DNA from: Candidatus Methylomirabilis oxygeniifera
GTDB taxonomy: Bacteria; Methylomirabilota; Methylomirabilia; Methylomirabilales; Methylomirabilaceae
NCBI GenBank assembly: GCA_000091165.1
Contig: FP565575.1
Location: 2,370,001-2,402,000, forward strand
Reading direction: 5' to 3'
DNA: 32,000 nt
Shown here: one piece after another, positions 1 to 7,299 of the stretch
Layout: each line of letters begins with the position of its first letter
Position numbering within the stretch: the first letter of the stretch is position 1
The notes under the pieces: model-generated
Told to the model about the DNA's origin: nothing
What the model saw: the letters and a program-made list of their open reading frames with translations, nothing else
The model's database searches: none
Position numbers and translations under genes: made by a program

Positions 1-1619
1 CGCGCCTGCTCGTCCTCCAACCGATCCAGCAGCAGCCGTAACGGATCGCGCCCTTCGCCGAGTAGCCGCTCAGCCTGTTGAATGACGCGTAGAGGCAACC
101 CAACCCGAGAGGCAATCGCCAAGCCATGGCTGCGACCGGAAAGCCCAATTAATAATTTATACAGCGGTCTCAGGGTGTCAAGATCGAACTCCACGCAGCC
201 GTTTTCGATTCGAGGGTGCGAATAGGCATAGGCCTTGATGGCGTCCAGGTGCGTTGTCGCCACGACCAGCGCGCCACGCTCCAGCAGCGCGTCAAGAATG
301 GCGATTCCCAAGCATGCCCCTTCGACCGGGTCGGTGCCGGCGCCAAGCTCATCGAGCAATACCAGGGTTCCGGGTTGCGCCGCGTCGAGGATGCGCCGAA
401 TCTGACCGATATGGGAGGAAAAGGTGCTCAGACTTTGCTCGATACTCTGTTCATCTCCGATATCCGCCAGGACGCCGCTGAAAAAGGGGACCTCGGAGTC
501 CGGAGAGGCCGGCAGATGTAGGCCGGCCTGCGCCATCAGGGAGAGCAGGCCGGCAGTCTTCAAGGCGACCGTCTTGCCGCCGGTATTCGGTCCGGTGATG
601 AGCAGCGCGTCAAAGCTATCGCCCAGACGCAGGTCGATCGGGATGGTTCGGTGTATCCCGGCCGCGTCGATCCGCTCCAGTAAGAGCGGGTGGCCGGCCT
701 CCCGCAGCAGCAGCGGACCAGCCTCCTTCAAGGCGACGGGGGCGCAGTGCAGCGTATCGGCAAATCGGGCAGCGGCACATCGGACGTCCAGCTCGGCCGC
801 GAGAAGCATCGTTGAGAGCACCGCATCGGCTGTTGCACGGAGAGTAGCGGTCAGCGCGGCCAGCACCCTTCTGATCTCCTCCTCTTCAGACCGCTGCAAC
901 AACCGCAACTGATTATTAAGCTCGACAACCTCCTGGGGCTCCAGGAAGATGGTGACACCGCTGATGGACCGGTCCTGGACCACACCTTTCAGAACGGTCC
1001 GATAGTTCGGTTTGACGGGGATCACGTACCGGTCGTTTCGAAGTGTCACAAGCGATTCAGTGATATAGGGCTGGAGGGTAGGAGTCATCAACAGGGACTG
1101 CAATCGCGCATGGATCAGGTTGCGGAGCTGATGGAGACCAATCCGAAGCTGGTTGAGTCGTTGGCTGGCGGTATCCTTCACCTCTCCATCGGCTTCGATC
1201 GTTGCGTGAATCTCCCCTATCAGGTCGGTATGATCATCCAGCCGGGAGACGATCGCATGAAGCCGTGGACACCGCTCCCTGGAGCGGACGATGGTGTGGC
1301 GGATCGCCGCCGCCGTTTCCAGTGATGTGACGATCCTGACGAAATCGATTGCCGCGAGTACGGCCCCTTCTGGTCGAGATCGTTGAACCGACTCTCTGAT
1401 GTCATGCAGTTGGTCAAACGGCAGTGCGACTTCCCTGGCCAGCAGCACCCGGAACTCCTCAATCTCGTTCCGGACCTTCTGTGCGTCCTCAAGCGTGGGC
1501 AGGGGATGAATCGCGTGCGCCAACTCTCTTCCAAGCGGCGATCCGGCCCGGGCGGCCACTCTCGCCTGGATGGCAGGCCATTCCAGGACCTCGAGGGTGT
1601 GCTGGTCGATCCGATTCAT
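1..1619 (-). CDS. mutS2: Endonuclease MutS2, N-terminal ~540 codons; the gene runs off the left edge of the window
   Basis: Absent from the ORF track because there is no stop codon inside the window. Manual reverse translation from the ATG at 1619-1617 gives MNRIDQHTLEVLEWPAIQARV... It contains Walker A LITGPNTGGKTVALKTAGL (reverse complement of ~541-600) and LLDELGAGTDPVEG (reverse complement of ~300-350). Confidence 0.9.
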   Translation of the reverse strand, partial: MNRIDQHTLEVLEWPAIQARVAARAGSPLGRELAHAIHPLPTLEDAQKVRNEIEEFRVLLAREVALPFDQLHDIRESVQRSRPEGAVLAAIDFVRIVTSLETAAAIRHTIVRSRERCPRLHAIVSRLDDHTDLIGEIHATIEADGEVKDTASQRLNQLRIGLHQLRNLIHARLQSLLMTPTLQPYITESLVTLRNDRYVIPVKPNYRTVLKGVVQDRSISGVTIFLEPQEVVELNNQLRLLQRSEEEEIRRVLAALTATLRATADAVLSTMLLAAELDVRCAAARFADTLHCAPVALKEAGPLLLREAGHPLLLERIDAAGIHRTIPIDLRLGDSFDALLITGPNTGGKTVALKTAGLLSLMAQAGLHLPASPDSEVPFFSGVLADIGDEQSIEQSLSTFSSHIGQIRRILDAAQPGTLVLLDELGAGTDPVEGACLGIAILDALLERGALVVATTHLDAIKAYAYSHPRIENGCVEFDLDTLRPLYKLLIGLSGRSHGLAIASRVGLPLRVIQQAERLLGEGRDPLRLLLDRLEDEQA

Positions 1620-1674
1620 CTGATACAAGGGCCTCCGAATACCATGGTACGGTGCGGACACGCTATAAACGCAC

Positions 1675-1698
1675 AGGGGACTCGGTTTCGAGTCCCCT
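1675..1698 (-). terminator. Stem-loop downstream of yqeY; possible intrinsic terminator of the rpsU-yqeY unit
   Basis: Perfect 10-bp stem AGGGGACTCG / CGAGTCCCCT with a 4-nt loop. On the minus strand it is followed by GTGCGTTTAT, which is only a weak U tract. Confidence 0.4.
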
Positions 1699-1756
1699 GA
1701 ACGGCCCACCCCCCCCAATACGGGGGTACACGTATAATGAGACAATAGCGCGGTCA

Positions 1757-2209
1757 TTACCGCCGTGATAATGCGTCCTTCACCATCTGACTGGCCACCT
1801 TCCCATCAGCCCGGCCTGAGATCTCCGGCATCAGGAGCGCCATGACTTTACCCATGTCCTTGAGGGAGCTCGCCTGCGCCGTGACGAGCGCGTCCTCTAT
1901 TTTCGTTCGAAGCTCTTCCGGAGAGAGCGGCGGAGGCAGGTACAACTCAAGGATCTTCAGCTCGGCCTCCTCTTTTGCGGCCAGATCATCGCGTCCCCCC
2001 TTTGTATACTGCTCGACGGCCTCTTTTCGGAGCTTGCACGAGACAATCACTGCCTGGATGATTTCAGAGTTGTCTAACTCACCCCGCTTTTCTATCTCCC
2101 TGTTCTTGATGAGGGCAAGAAGCAGCCGAAGCACCGACGTCCTCAACCGATCCCCACTCTTGAGGGCCGCCTTGAGGTCTTCGGCCAATCGCGCCTTTGA
2201 AACGCTCAC
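1757..2209 (-). CDS. yqeY: GatB/YqeY domain protein
   Basis: 150-aa ORF reading ...LKAALKSGDRLRTSVLRLLLALIKNREIEK...LKDMGKVMALLMPEISGRADGKVASQMVKDAL, typical of the YqeY family. GTG start 6 nt after the rpsU stop. Confidence 0.85.
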   Translation of the reverse strand: MSVSKARLAEDLKAALKSGDRLRTSVLRLLLALIKNREIEKRGELDNSEIIQAVIVSCKLRKEAVEQYTKGGRDDLAAKEEAELKILELYLPPPLSPEELRTKIEDALVTAQASSLKDMGKVMALLMPEISGRADGKVASQMVKDALSRR

Positions 2210-2215
2210 GTTGTT

Positions 2216-2413
2216 CTACTCTACAGCGAAGCCGACGCGCTTCAAGGCCTTCTTCCTGGCGGCTATCGATTTTTTCTTGCGGCGGACACTGGGCTTCTCG
2301 TAATGCTCACGCTTACGGAGCTCTGTCAGGACTCCAGTCCTCTCGCACAGTTTCTTGAAACGGCGGAGAGCAACCTCGAACGGCTCGTTCTCCTTGACCG
2401 TCACACTCGCCAT
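2216..2413 (-). CDS. rpsU: 30S ribosomal protein S21
   Basis: [42 protein letters not shown]... matches the S21 signature. Start trimmed to the ATG at 2413, with GGGGGTG located 9-15 nt upstream, rather than the GTG at 2422 used in the track. Confidence 0.93.
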   Translation of the reverse strand: MASVTVKENEPFEVALRRFKKLCERTGVLTELRKREHYEKPSVRRKKKSIAARKKALKRVGFAVE

Positions 2414-2495
2414 CCCCTTCACACCCCCTTATCAATAGCGATGAGATGATCTACGGCTTGACATACGGCTCTGCGGACATCTGAGGCTACCCGTC

Positions 2496-2525
2496 ATAAT
2501 CGCATCGTTTGCCTCTGTATGTCAA
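2496..2525 (-). promoter_or_regulatory. Candidate sigma70 promoter for rpsU
   Basis: The minus strand reads AAAAATATTGACA-N18-GATTAT, with an A-rich upstream tract. Confidence 0.4.
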
Positions 2526-2557
2526 TATTTTTACCGGAGCGGCTCCTTTGACTTTCG

Positions 2558-3157
2558 CTATTCTCGAACGATGGTCACTTTGATCATTTTCACATCTTCG
2601 CGCGGTCGATCATTGCCGTCGCGGGGAACGTTGCTAATAGCGATGGCCACATCAAGACCTTCTACGATTTCACCGAAGACTGAGTGCTTGCCGTCAAGAA
2701 ACGGAGTGGGCGCAACGGTGAGAAAAAATTGACTGCCGTTGGTGCCTGGGCCCGCGTTAGCCATAGAGAGCATTCCAGGTTTAGAATGGTTGAGTTCTCT
2801 GTGAAACTCGTCGTCAAAACGATAGCCGGGACCACCGCGGCCTGTACCCGTGGGGTCGCCACCCTGAATCATGAATTTGGGAATAACACGGTGAAAAATA
2901 AGCCCATCAAAGTAATGGGATTTTCCCTTTTTCCCAGTGTAAGGATCGGTCCATTCTCTCTTTCCCTCAGCAAGCTCGGTGAAATTGGCTACCGTCTTTG
3001 GGGCTTCTTTCTCGAATAGTTTGATTTTGATCTTGCCTTTTGTGGTGTCCATTATCGCGTACAACACTTTGTCTCCTTGTTTTTGTTCTGTTTTGGCGTA
3101 GCCAATTGTTGGAATTGCCAGACTCAATAGAATAGATGCGATGAATACGCGAACCAT
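2558..3157 (-). CDS. ppiA: Secreted peptidyl-prolyl cis-trans isomerase, cyclophilin type
   Basis: Contains FHRVIPKFMIQGGDPTGTGRGGPGY and SMANAGPGTNGSQFF cyclophilin motifs. Start trimmed to the ATG at 3157 (MVRVFIASILLSLAIPTIGYA signal peptide), which is preceded by AAGGAG at 3165-3170. The track's 3256 start adds a non-signal extension that overlaps the PD40 relic. Confidence 0.9.
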   Translation of the reverse strand: MVRVFIASILLSLAIPTIGYAKTEQKQGDKVLYAIMDTTKGKIKIKLFEKEAPKTVANFTELAEGKREWTDPYTGKKGKSHYFDGLIFHRVIPKFMIQGGDPTGTGRGGPGYRFDDEFHRELNHSKPGMLSMANAGPGTNGSQFFLTVAPTPFLDGKHSVFGEIVEGLDVAIAISNVPRDGNDRPREDVKMIKVTIVRE

Positions 3158-3179
3158 ATCTTGCTCTCCTTTATTATTC

Positions 3180-3388
3180 TCAGTAGGGTGACCAACGTGC
3201 TTTGTAATAATTTGCTCGATCAACGGTGAGACGTCTCTCGCCGGTGCCGTCGACATTTATAATGAAAGCATCAAAGCGGGTGTGGTCTCGCCCGGCAAAG
3301 GCTATTTTTTGCCGTCCGGGGACCACGCAGGGCTCGCGCCGAATTTTCCAGCGAAGGTTAGGCGTGTTATGTCTGAATCGTACTTCAC
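3180..3388 (-). pseudogene. Frameshifted PD40 (TolB-like beta-propeller repeat) relic, or a small gene needing a -1 frameshift
   Basis: AGGAGG (3397-3402) lies 8 nt upstream of the GTG at 3388. The reading is MKYDSDITRLTFAGKFGASPAWSPDGKK followed by TAG at 3304-3302. The -1 frame continues from the A6 run (3305-3310) as IAFAGRDHTRFDAFIINVDGTGERRLTVDRANYYKARWSPY, with a stop at 3182-3180. The joined sequence shows the P-x-W-S-P-D-G-K-x-I-A-F PD40 signature. Confidence 0.6.
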
Positions 3389-3428
3389 ATTGTATTCCTC
3401 CTGTTAGAGTAAACGTTGTAGTGGTGGG

Positions 3429-4064
3429 TTACGGCGCGCGTCTGACCTCGAACTCGAACAGCAGCAGTTGCTCGGCCGAGCCGACATAGAACGAGCCAAC
3501 CTCAAGGATGACGGCTTTGGCTTTCGGATCAGCCGGCGGGAAAAGAAGCAGGCCCTCCCGATCGATCTTCGGAGGCACAACCAGGAACTTGGTCAGCATC
3601 GTCTCCTCTAATGTTCGCAATGCCAATGCCGACTCACGTTGCTCGGAAAAGAGGGGGTACAACTCGTCATAGGAGAGCGCCGGCGTGCGATGGTCCTGCT
3701 GATCCACCAACACGGCTTGGCCCGGATCGAAACTGACGCGTTCTCGGCCTACATTTTGAATTCGGAGAACAAAAGCGAGCAGGCCTTTGGTTTTCCACGG
3801 GAATATTTTTAGCGGGTTCAGTAGTGTTGATCGCCTGGCGTAGTAGGCGTCGAGGCCTTTTTCCGTCAGAGGCTCAACAGTGACGGTTGCCCCAGGAAGG
3901 GTCGCGATGATCAGGTCGCCCTGGGTCCGCAAGGTGGGCAGACGCTGCGGTCCGGGCCGTAGTCCCGACTCGCCGCTGCCTCCTGAGGCGCACGCGGCCA
4001 GCGACACCACGATCAGGAGAGAAAAAAAGCGGGCCATAGGCCCGCTGAGATATAAGGGTTTCAC
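3429..4064 (-). CDS. Hypothetical lipoprotein
   Basis: 211-aa ORF with a signal peptide and lipobox (FFSLLIVVSLAAC ASGG). I recognise no family. An alternative start is the ATG at 4037. Confidence 0.6.
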   Translation of the reverse strand: MKPLYLSGPMARFFSLLIVVSLAACASGGSGESGLRPGPQRLPTLRTQGDLIIATLPGATVTVEPLTEKGLDAYYARRSTLLNPLKIFPWKTKGLLAFVLRIQNVGRERVSFDPGQAVLVDQQDHRTPALSYDELYPLFSEQRESALALRTLEETMLTKFLVVPPKIDREGLLLFPPADPKAKAVILEVGSFYVGSAEQLLLFEFEVRRAP

Positions 4065-4088
4065 GTGCGACCGTACAGTTGAACCGCC

Positions 4089-4940
4089 TCAGACCACAAG
4101 CGCTCGCAGGCGCGCAATGCGTTCCTCAATGGGCGGGTGGGTGGAGAAGAGCTTGAACAGTACGTCCCCCCGAAGTGGGTTCACGATAAACAGGTGCGAG
4201 GTGGCTGGGTTGGCCTCCATCGGCAGACGGGTGGCGCCCACCTCAAGCGACTGAAGGGCTGAGGCCAAGGCGTACGGCTTGTGGGTCAGTCGGGCGGCCG
4301 ATTCGTCGGCATGGAACTCACGGGACCGCGAGATCGCCAATTGGATGAGGGTCGCTGCGATAGGAGCCAGAATAGCCAGGAACAGAAATCCCAGCGCGCC
4401 GCCTCCACGATCTTCGCTGTCGCGGCTTCCACCGCCGCTAAAGTACGGCATCCACATCGCCATCCTGGCCAGCATCACAATCACGCCGGCGATCGTCGCC
4501 GCGATGGTACTGATCAACGTATCGCGATTCCGCACGTGGGATAGCTCATGGGCCATCACTCCCTCCAGTTCCTCCTCATTAAGAATTCGCAGGATTCCGT
4601 GGGTGGCCGCGACGGCTGCATGTTCCGGGTCCCGTCCGGTCGCAAAGGCGTTCGGAGCCTCAGAAGGAATGATGTAGATACGGGGCATCGGCATTTGGGC
4701 TCTCAGCGCCAGCCCCTGGACAACTCTGTACAGTCCGGGCGCTTCAGCCTCTCCGACAGGCTGGGCTCTGTACATCGCCAGGACAATCCGGTCCGAGAAC
4801 CAATAGCTTCCGAAGTTCATCAGGAAGGCCATGACGAAGGCCACGCTCATCCCCTGACTCCCGCCGAAGTAGCCTCCGATCAGGATCAGCAGGCCGGTCA
4901 GCAGGCCCAACAAGGCTGTAGTTTTCACTGTGTTATTCAT
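4089..4940 (-). CDS. htpX: Zinc metalloprotease HtpX (peptidase M48)
   Basis: [10 protein letters not shown] zincin motif, four hydrophobic segments, and a C-terminal ...[11 protein letters not shown] motif typical of HtpX. Confidence 0.92.
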   Translation of the reverse strand: MNNTVKTTALLGLLTGLLILIGGYFGGSQGMSVAFVMAFLMNFGSYWFSDRIVLAMYRAQPVGEAEAPGLYRVVQGLALRAQMPMPRIYIIPSEAPNAFATGRDPEHAAVAATHGILRILNEEELEGVMAHELSHVRNRDTLISTIAATIAGVIVMLARMAMWMPYFSGGGSRDSEDRGGGALGFLFLAILAPIAATLIQLAISRSREFHADESAARLTHKPYALASALQSLEVGATRLPMEANPATSHLFIVNPLRGDVLFKLFSTHPPIEERIARLRALVV

Positions 4941-5008
4941 GTTCCTTCACCCTCCTCGATTCAACGCGGAAACACGATCATTCCGCGCTGCTATCGTGTT
5001 CTTCCTAT

Positions 5009-5037
5009 ACAGTAGTGCAGCCCTTCCGGTGTGTCAA
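5009..5037 (-). promoter_or_regulatory. Candidate sigma70 promoter for htpX
   Basis: The minus strand reads CTTGACA-N17-TACTGT, immediately downstream of the hspR stop. Confidence 0.4.
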
Positions 5038-5048
5038 GGACAACCGGT

Positions 5049-5432
5049 TCAGGGGTGGACCCTGCGGAGCAGTCCGCGTCTTTTGACCGGCACAAGCCCC
5101 TCCTCCTCGCGCCCCTCCCACTGTTTCATCTCGGCATCGAATTGTTCGGCCATGGCCCGCAACAGTTCATTCATCTGGCGCTGCATCCGTTCCATCCGGT
5201 CTCGCATGTTCAGGATAACTTCAACCCCAGCCAGATTGACACCGAGTTCCTTAGTCAGCCGCAGGATCAACTCAACCCGCTCCACATCCTCTTGCGAATA
5301 GACCCGCGTATTGCCCTCGGAGCGGGCCGGCCGGAGGAGGCCTTCCCGCTCATAGACCCGGAGAGTCTGTGGGTGGATATCGAACATCTCGGCTACGACG
5401 CTGATCGAATATCGACGCCGCCGCTGTCCCAC
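5049..5432 (-). CDS. hspR: MerR-family heat-shock repressor HspR
   Basis: YSISVVAEMFDIHPQTLRVYEREGLLRPARSEGNTRVYSQEDVERVELI is a MerR-type HTH. The position directly after dnaJ matches dnaK-...-dnaJ-hspR operons. GTG start with an AAGGGGGA Shine-Dalgarno (SD) sequence. Confidence 0.85.
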   Translation of the reverse strand: MGQRRRRYSISVVAEMFDIHPQTLRVYEREGLLRPARSEGNTRVYSQEDVERVELILRLTKELGVNLAGVEVILNMRDRMERMQRQMNELLRAMAEQFDAEMKQWEGREEEGLVPVKRRGLLRRVHP

Positions 5433-5480
5433 CTGTGTCCCCCTTTCAGTTCTCCTGTACCAACGAGCAGGTGCAGATAG

Positions 5481-6593
5481 TTACTTCCAGATTGTGCGCC
5501 TCGGATCCTCAGGATGCAGGCGTCCCAGCTCCCGGAACAGCTCTTGCGATCGCGCATCGAGGTTTCGCGGCAGCACAATCTTGATCGTGACGAACTGATC
5601 GCCCCGTCCCGTCCCCTTCAAGTGGGGTACCCCCATGGCGCGGAGTCGAAAGACCTGCCCACTGTTTGTCTCCGGGGGGATTCGCATCGAGGCCTTCCCG
5701 TCTACCGTGAGGACCTCGACCTTGGCCCCGAGTGCAGCCTCAGTCACGGAAATCGGCACCTCGCAGTAGATATTATCCCCCTTCCGTTCGAAAAAGGGGT
5801 GAGGGCGGACGCGGGTGACGATGTATAAGTCCCCGGATGCCCCCCCTAGTTGTCCCAGATGGCCTTTTCCCTGGACCCTGACGTTCGACCCATTTTCCAC
5901 GCCTGGCGGGATCTTCACGGCGATTCGTTCGGCCTTGAGCACCGTCCCTACGCCATCACAGGAGCTGCACAGGGATGAGGGCAGCTTCCCGGTCCCACGG
6001 CATCTGGCGCACGCCTGATGTCCGCCAAAGAGTCCCGGCTTCCCTCGCACCCGTCCACTGCCTCCACAGGCAGAACAGGCGCGCAACTGGCCCCCCGTCC
6101 CGGCCCCCGTACCTGAGCAGGAGGAGCAAGGGACGCGCCGCTGGAGACCGACCTCCGTGGAAAGGCCCCGGACCGCATCCTCAAACTTCAGATCAACGGT
6201 GTAATGGAGATCCTCGCCCTTTGATGGCCCGGTCTGGGCCTCATGCCCATGTCGGCCAAGGAGATCAGTGAAGAGATCTTGTATCCCACCCGGGCCTCCA
6301 AGGTCAAACCGGCTGAAGTCGAACCCACCCGGCCCGGCTCCAGGCTGCTGACCCGTCTCAGCCCCTGGGCCAAATGGCTGGTGCCCGAACTGGTCATACT
6401 GCCGACGCTTGGCCGGGTCACTCAAGACCTCATACGCCTCGGCGATCTCTTTGAACTTCGCCTCGGCCGCTTTGTTGTTGGGATTGACATCAGGATGGTA
6501 CTTCCTGGCCAGTCGCCGGTAGGCCTGTTTGATCTCCTTGTCCGACGTGCCCCTGCGAACGCCAAGGACCTCGTAGTAGTCGCGCTTATTCAT
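5481..6593 (-). CDS. dnaJ: Chaperone DnaJ (type I)
   Basis: J domain DYYEVLGV...[14 protein letters not shown], a G-rich linker, and four CxxCxGxG zinc-finger repeats ([32 protein letters not shown]). Confidence 0.95.
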   Translation of the reverse strand: MNKRDYYEVLGVRRGTSDKEIKQAYRRLARKYHPDVNPNNKAAEAKFKEIAEAYEVLSDPAKRRQYDQFGHQPFGPGAETGQQPGAGPGGFDFSRFDLGGPGGIQDLFTDLLGRHGHEAQTGPSKGEDLHYTVDLKFEDAVRGLSTEVGLQRRVPCSSCSGTGAGTGGQLRACSACGGSGRVRGKPGLFGGHQACARCRGTGKLPSSLCSSCDGVGTVLKAERIAVKIPPGVENGSNVRVQGKGHLGQLGGASGDLYIVTRVRPHPFFERKGDNIYCEVPISVTEAALGAKVEVLTVDGKASMRIPPETNSGQVFRLRAMGVPHLKGTGRGDQFVTIKIVLPRNLDARSQELFRELGRLHPEDPRRTIWK

Positions 6594-6600
6594 ACCTGCA

Positions 6601-6719
6601 CTTGTAACTACTTAGGCGTTTAGACTGAAGGCTGAAGGCTATGTATGCCAGACGTGTATGATCACGTATGACATACCCCTAGCAACCTTCAGCCTTCAGT
6701 CTATCCACCTTGTAGCTAC
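6601..6719. repeat. Nested palindromic element filling the hsp20-dnaJ intergenic gap
   Basis: Perfect 18-bp inverted repeat TAGACTGAAGGCTGAAGG (6621-6638) / CCTTCAGCCTTCAGTCTA (6686-6703). Inner stem ACGTG/CACGT (6652-6656 / 6663-6667). Outer arms GTAACTAC (6604-6611) / GTAGCTAC (6712-6719). Flanking 11-mers CTTGTAaCTAC (6601-6611) and CTTGTAgCTAC (6709-6719). Confidence 0.85.
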
Positions 6720-6732
6720 CTTTTAGGCCCTA

Positions 6733-7185
6733 TTACTTTACGTCAATCTTCACTTGCTTCGGCTTAGCTTCTTCCGCTTTTGGCATGGTGACTTCCAGCA
6801 CGCCGTCCTTGAACACTGCCTTGATCTTGTCCTGCTGGACGACGGTGGGCAGGTTGAAGGCACGCTGAAACGCCCCGTATGAGCGCTCGATCCGAAGGTA
6901 ATTTTCCTCCTTGACCTCGCGCTCGAACTTCCGCTCGCCCTTCAGCATCAGGGTGTTGTCCTGTACCTGAATATCGATGTTGTCCCGGCTTACCCCTGGC
7001 AGCTCCGCCTTCATGACGATGCTGTCGGAGGTCTCGAAGATATCCACGGCGGGTGACCACATGGAGGCAGTCAACCCCTCCTCATCATCCATACGGGTTC
7101 GGGACAGCGCCTGATCGAACAGGCGGTTCATCCGCTCCTGAAGCGTTGTGACATCGCGGAAGGGATCCCATCGAACAATCGCCAT
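6733..7185 (-). CDS. Small heat-shock protein, Hsp20/alpha-crystallin family
   Basis: Alpha-crystallin domain (...PAVDIFETSDSIVMKAELPGVSRDNIDIQV...GAFQRAFNLP...GVLEVTMPK). Start trimmed to the ATG at 7185, 8 nt after AAGGAGGTGA (reverse complement of 7191-7200). Confidence 0.92.
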   Translation of the reverse strand: MAIVRWDPFRDVTTLQERMNRLFDQALSRTRMDDEEGLTASMWSPAVDIFETSDSIVMKAELPGVSRDNIDIQVQDNTLMLKGERKFEREVKEENYLRIERSYGAFQRAFNLPTVVQQDKIKAVFKDGVLEVTMPKAEEAKPKQVKIDVK

Positions 7186-7211
7186 CTGCGTCACCTCCTT
7201 TCTTCGGAAAT

Positions 7212-7295
7212 AGCCGTCAGCGATCAGCCGTCAGTCTCGGATAACGTGCAGGAGTCTAACGAAAAAGCCGATAGCTGACCGCTGAAAGCCGACTG
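7212..7295. repeat. Heptad-built imperfect palindrome in the dnaK-hsp20 intergenic gap
   Basis: The minus strand of 7212-7234 reads CTGACGG CTGATCG CTGACGG CT. The plus strand of 7275-7295 reads CTGACCG CTGAAAG CCGACTG. The arms TCAGCGATCAGC (7217-7228) and GCTGACCGCTGA (7274-7285) pair at 11/12 positions, and better with G-U pairs in the minus-strand RNA. Confidence 0.75.
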
Positions 7296-7299
7296 CTTC

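Noticed and set aside
1675-1698. Possible tRNA T-arm (GGACTCGGTTTCGAGTCC)
   Set aside because: A 10-bp stem with a 4-nt loop is not a T-arm geometry (5 bp with a 7-nt loop). No acceptor, D or anticodon arms can be drawn in 1620-1756.
170-1768. Track ORFs across 170-1768, on the plus strand (216-521, 424-912, 1110-1325, 1383-1700, 1424-1768) and in other minus-strand frames (170-352, 1220-1534)
   Set aside because: Most of this region (up to 1619) is covered by the minus-strand mutS2 frame, which carries Walker A and B motifs. The listed ORFs are out-of-frame or antisense artefacts.
2458-2463. Plus-strand TTGACA in the rpsU upstream region
   Set aside because: There is no plus-strand gene downstream for 7 kb, so it is a chance hexamer.
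2558-3256. N-terminal extension of the cyclophilin ORF, and likewise the thiI extension to 26451
   Set aside because: The internal ATGs (3157 and 26376) have proper SD sequences and give a signal peptide or the normal family N-terminus. The extensions overlap other features or homopolymer tracts.
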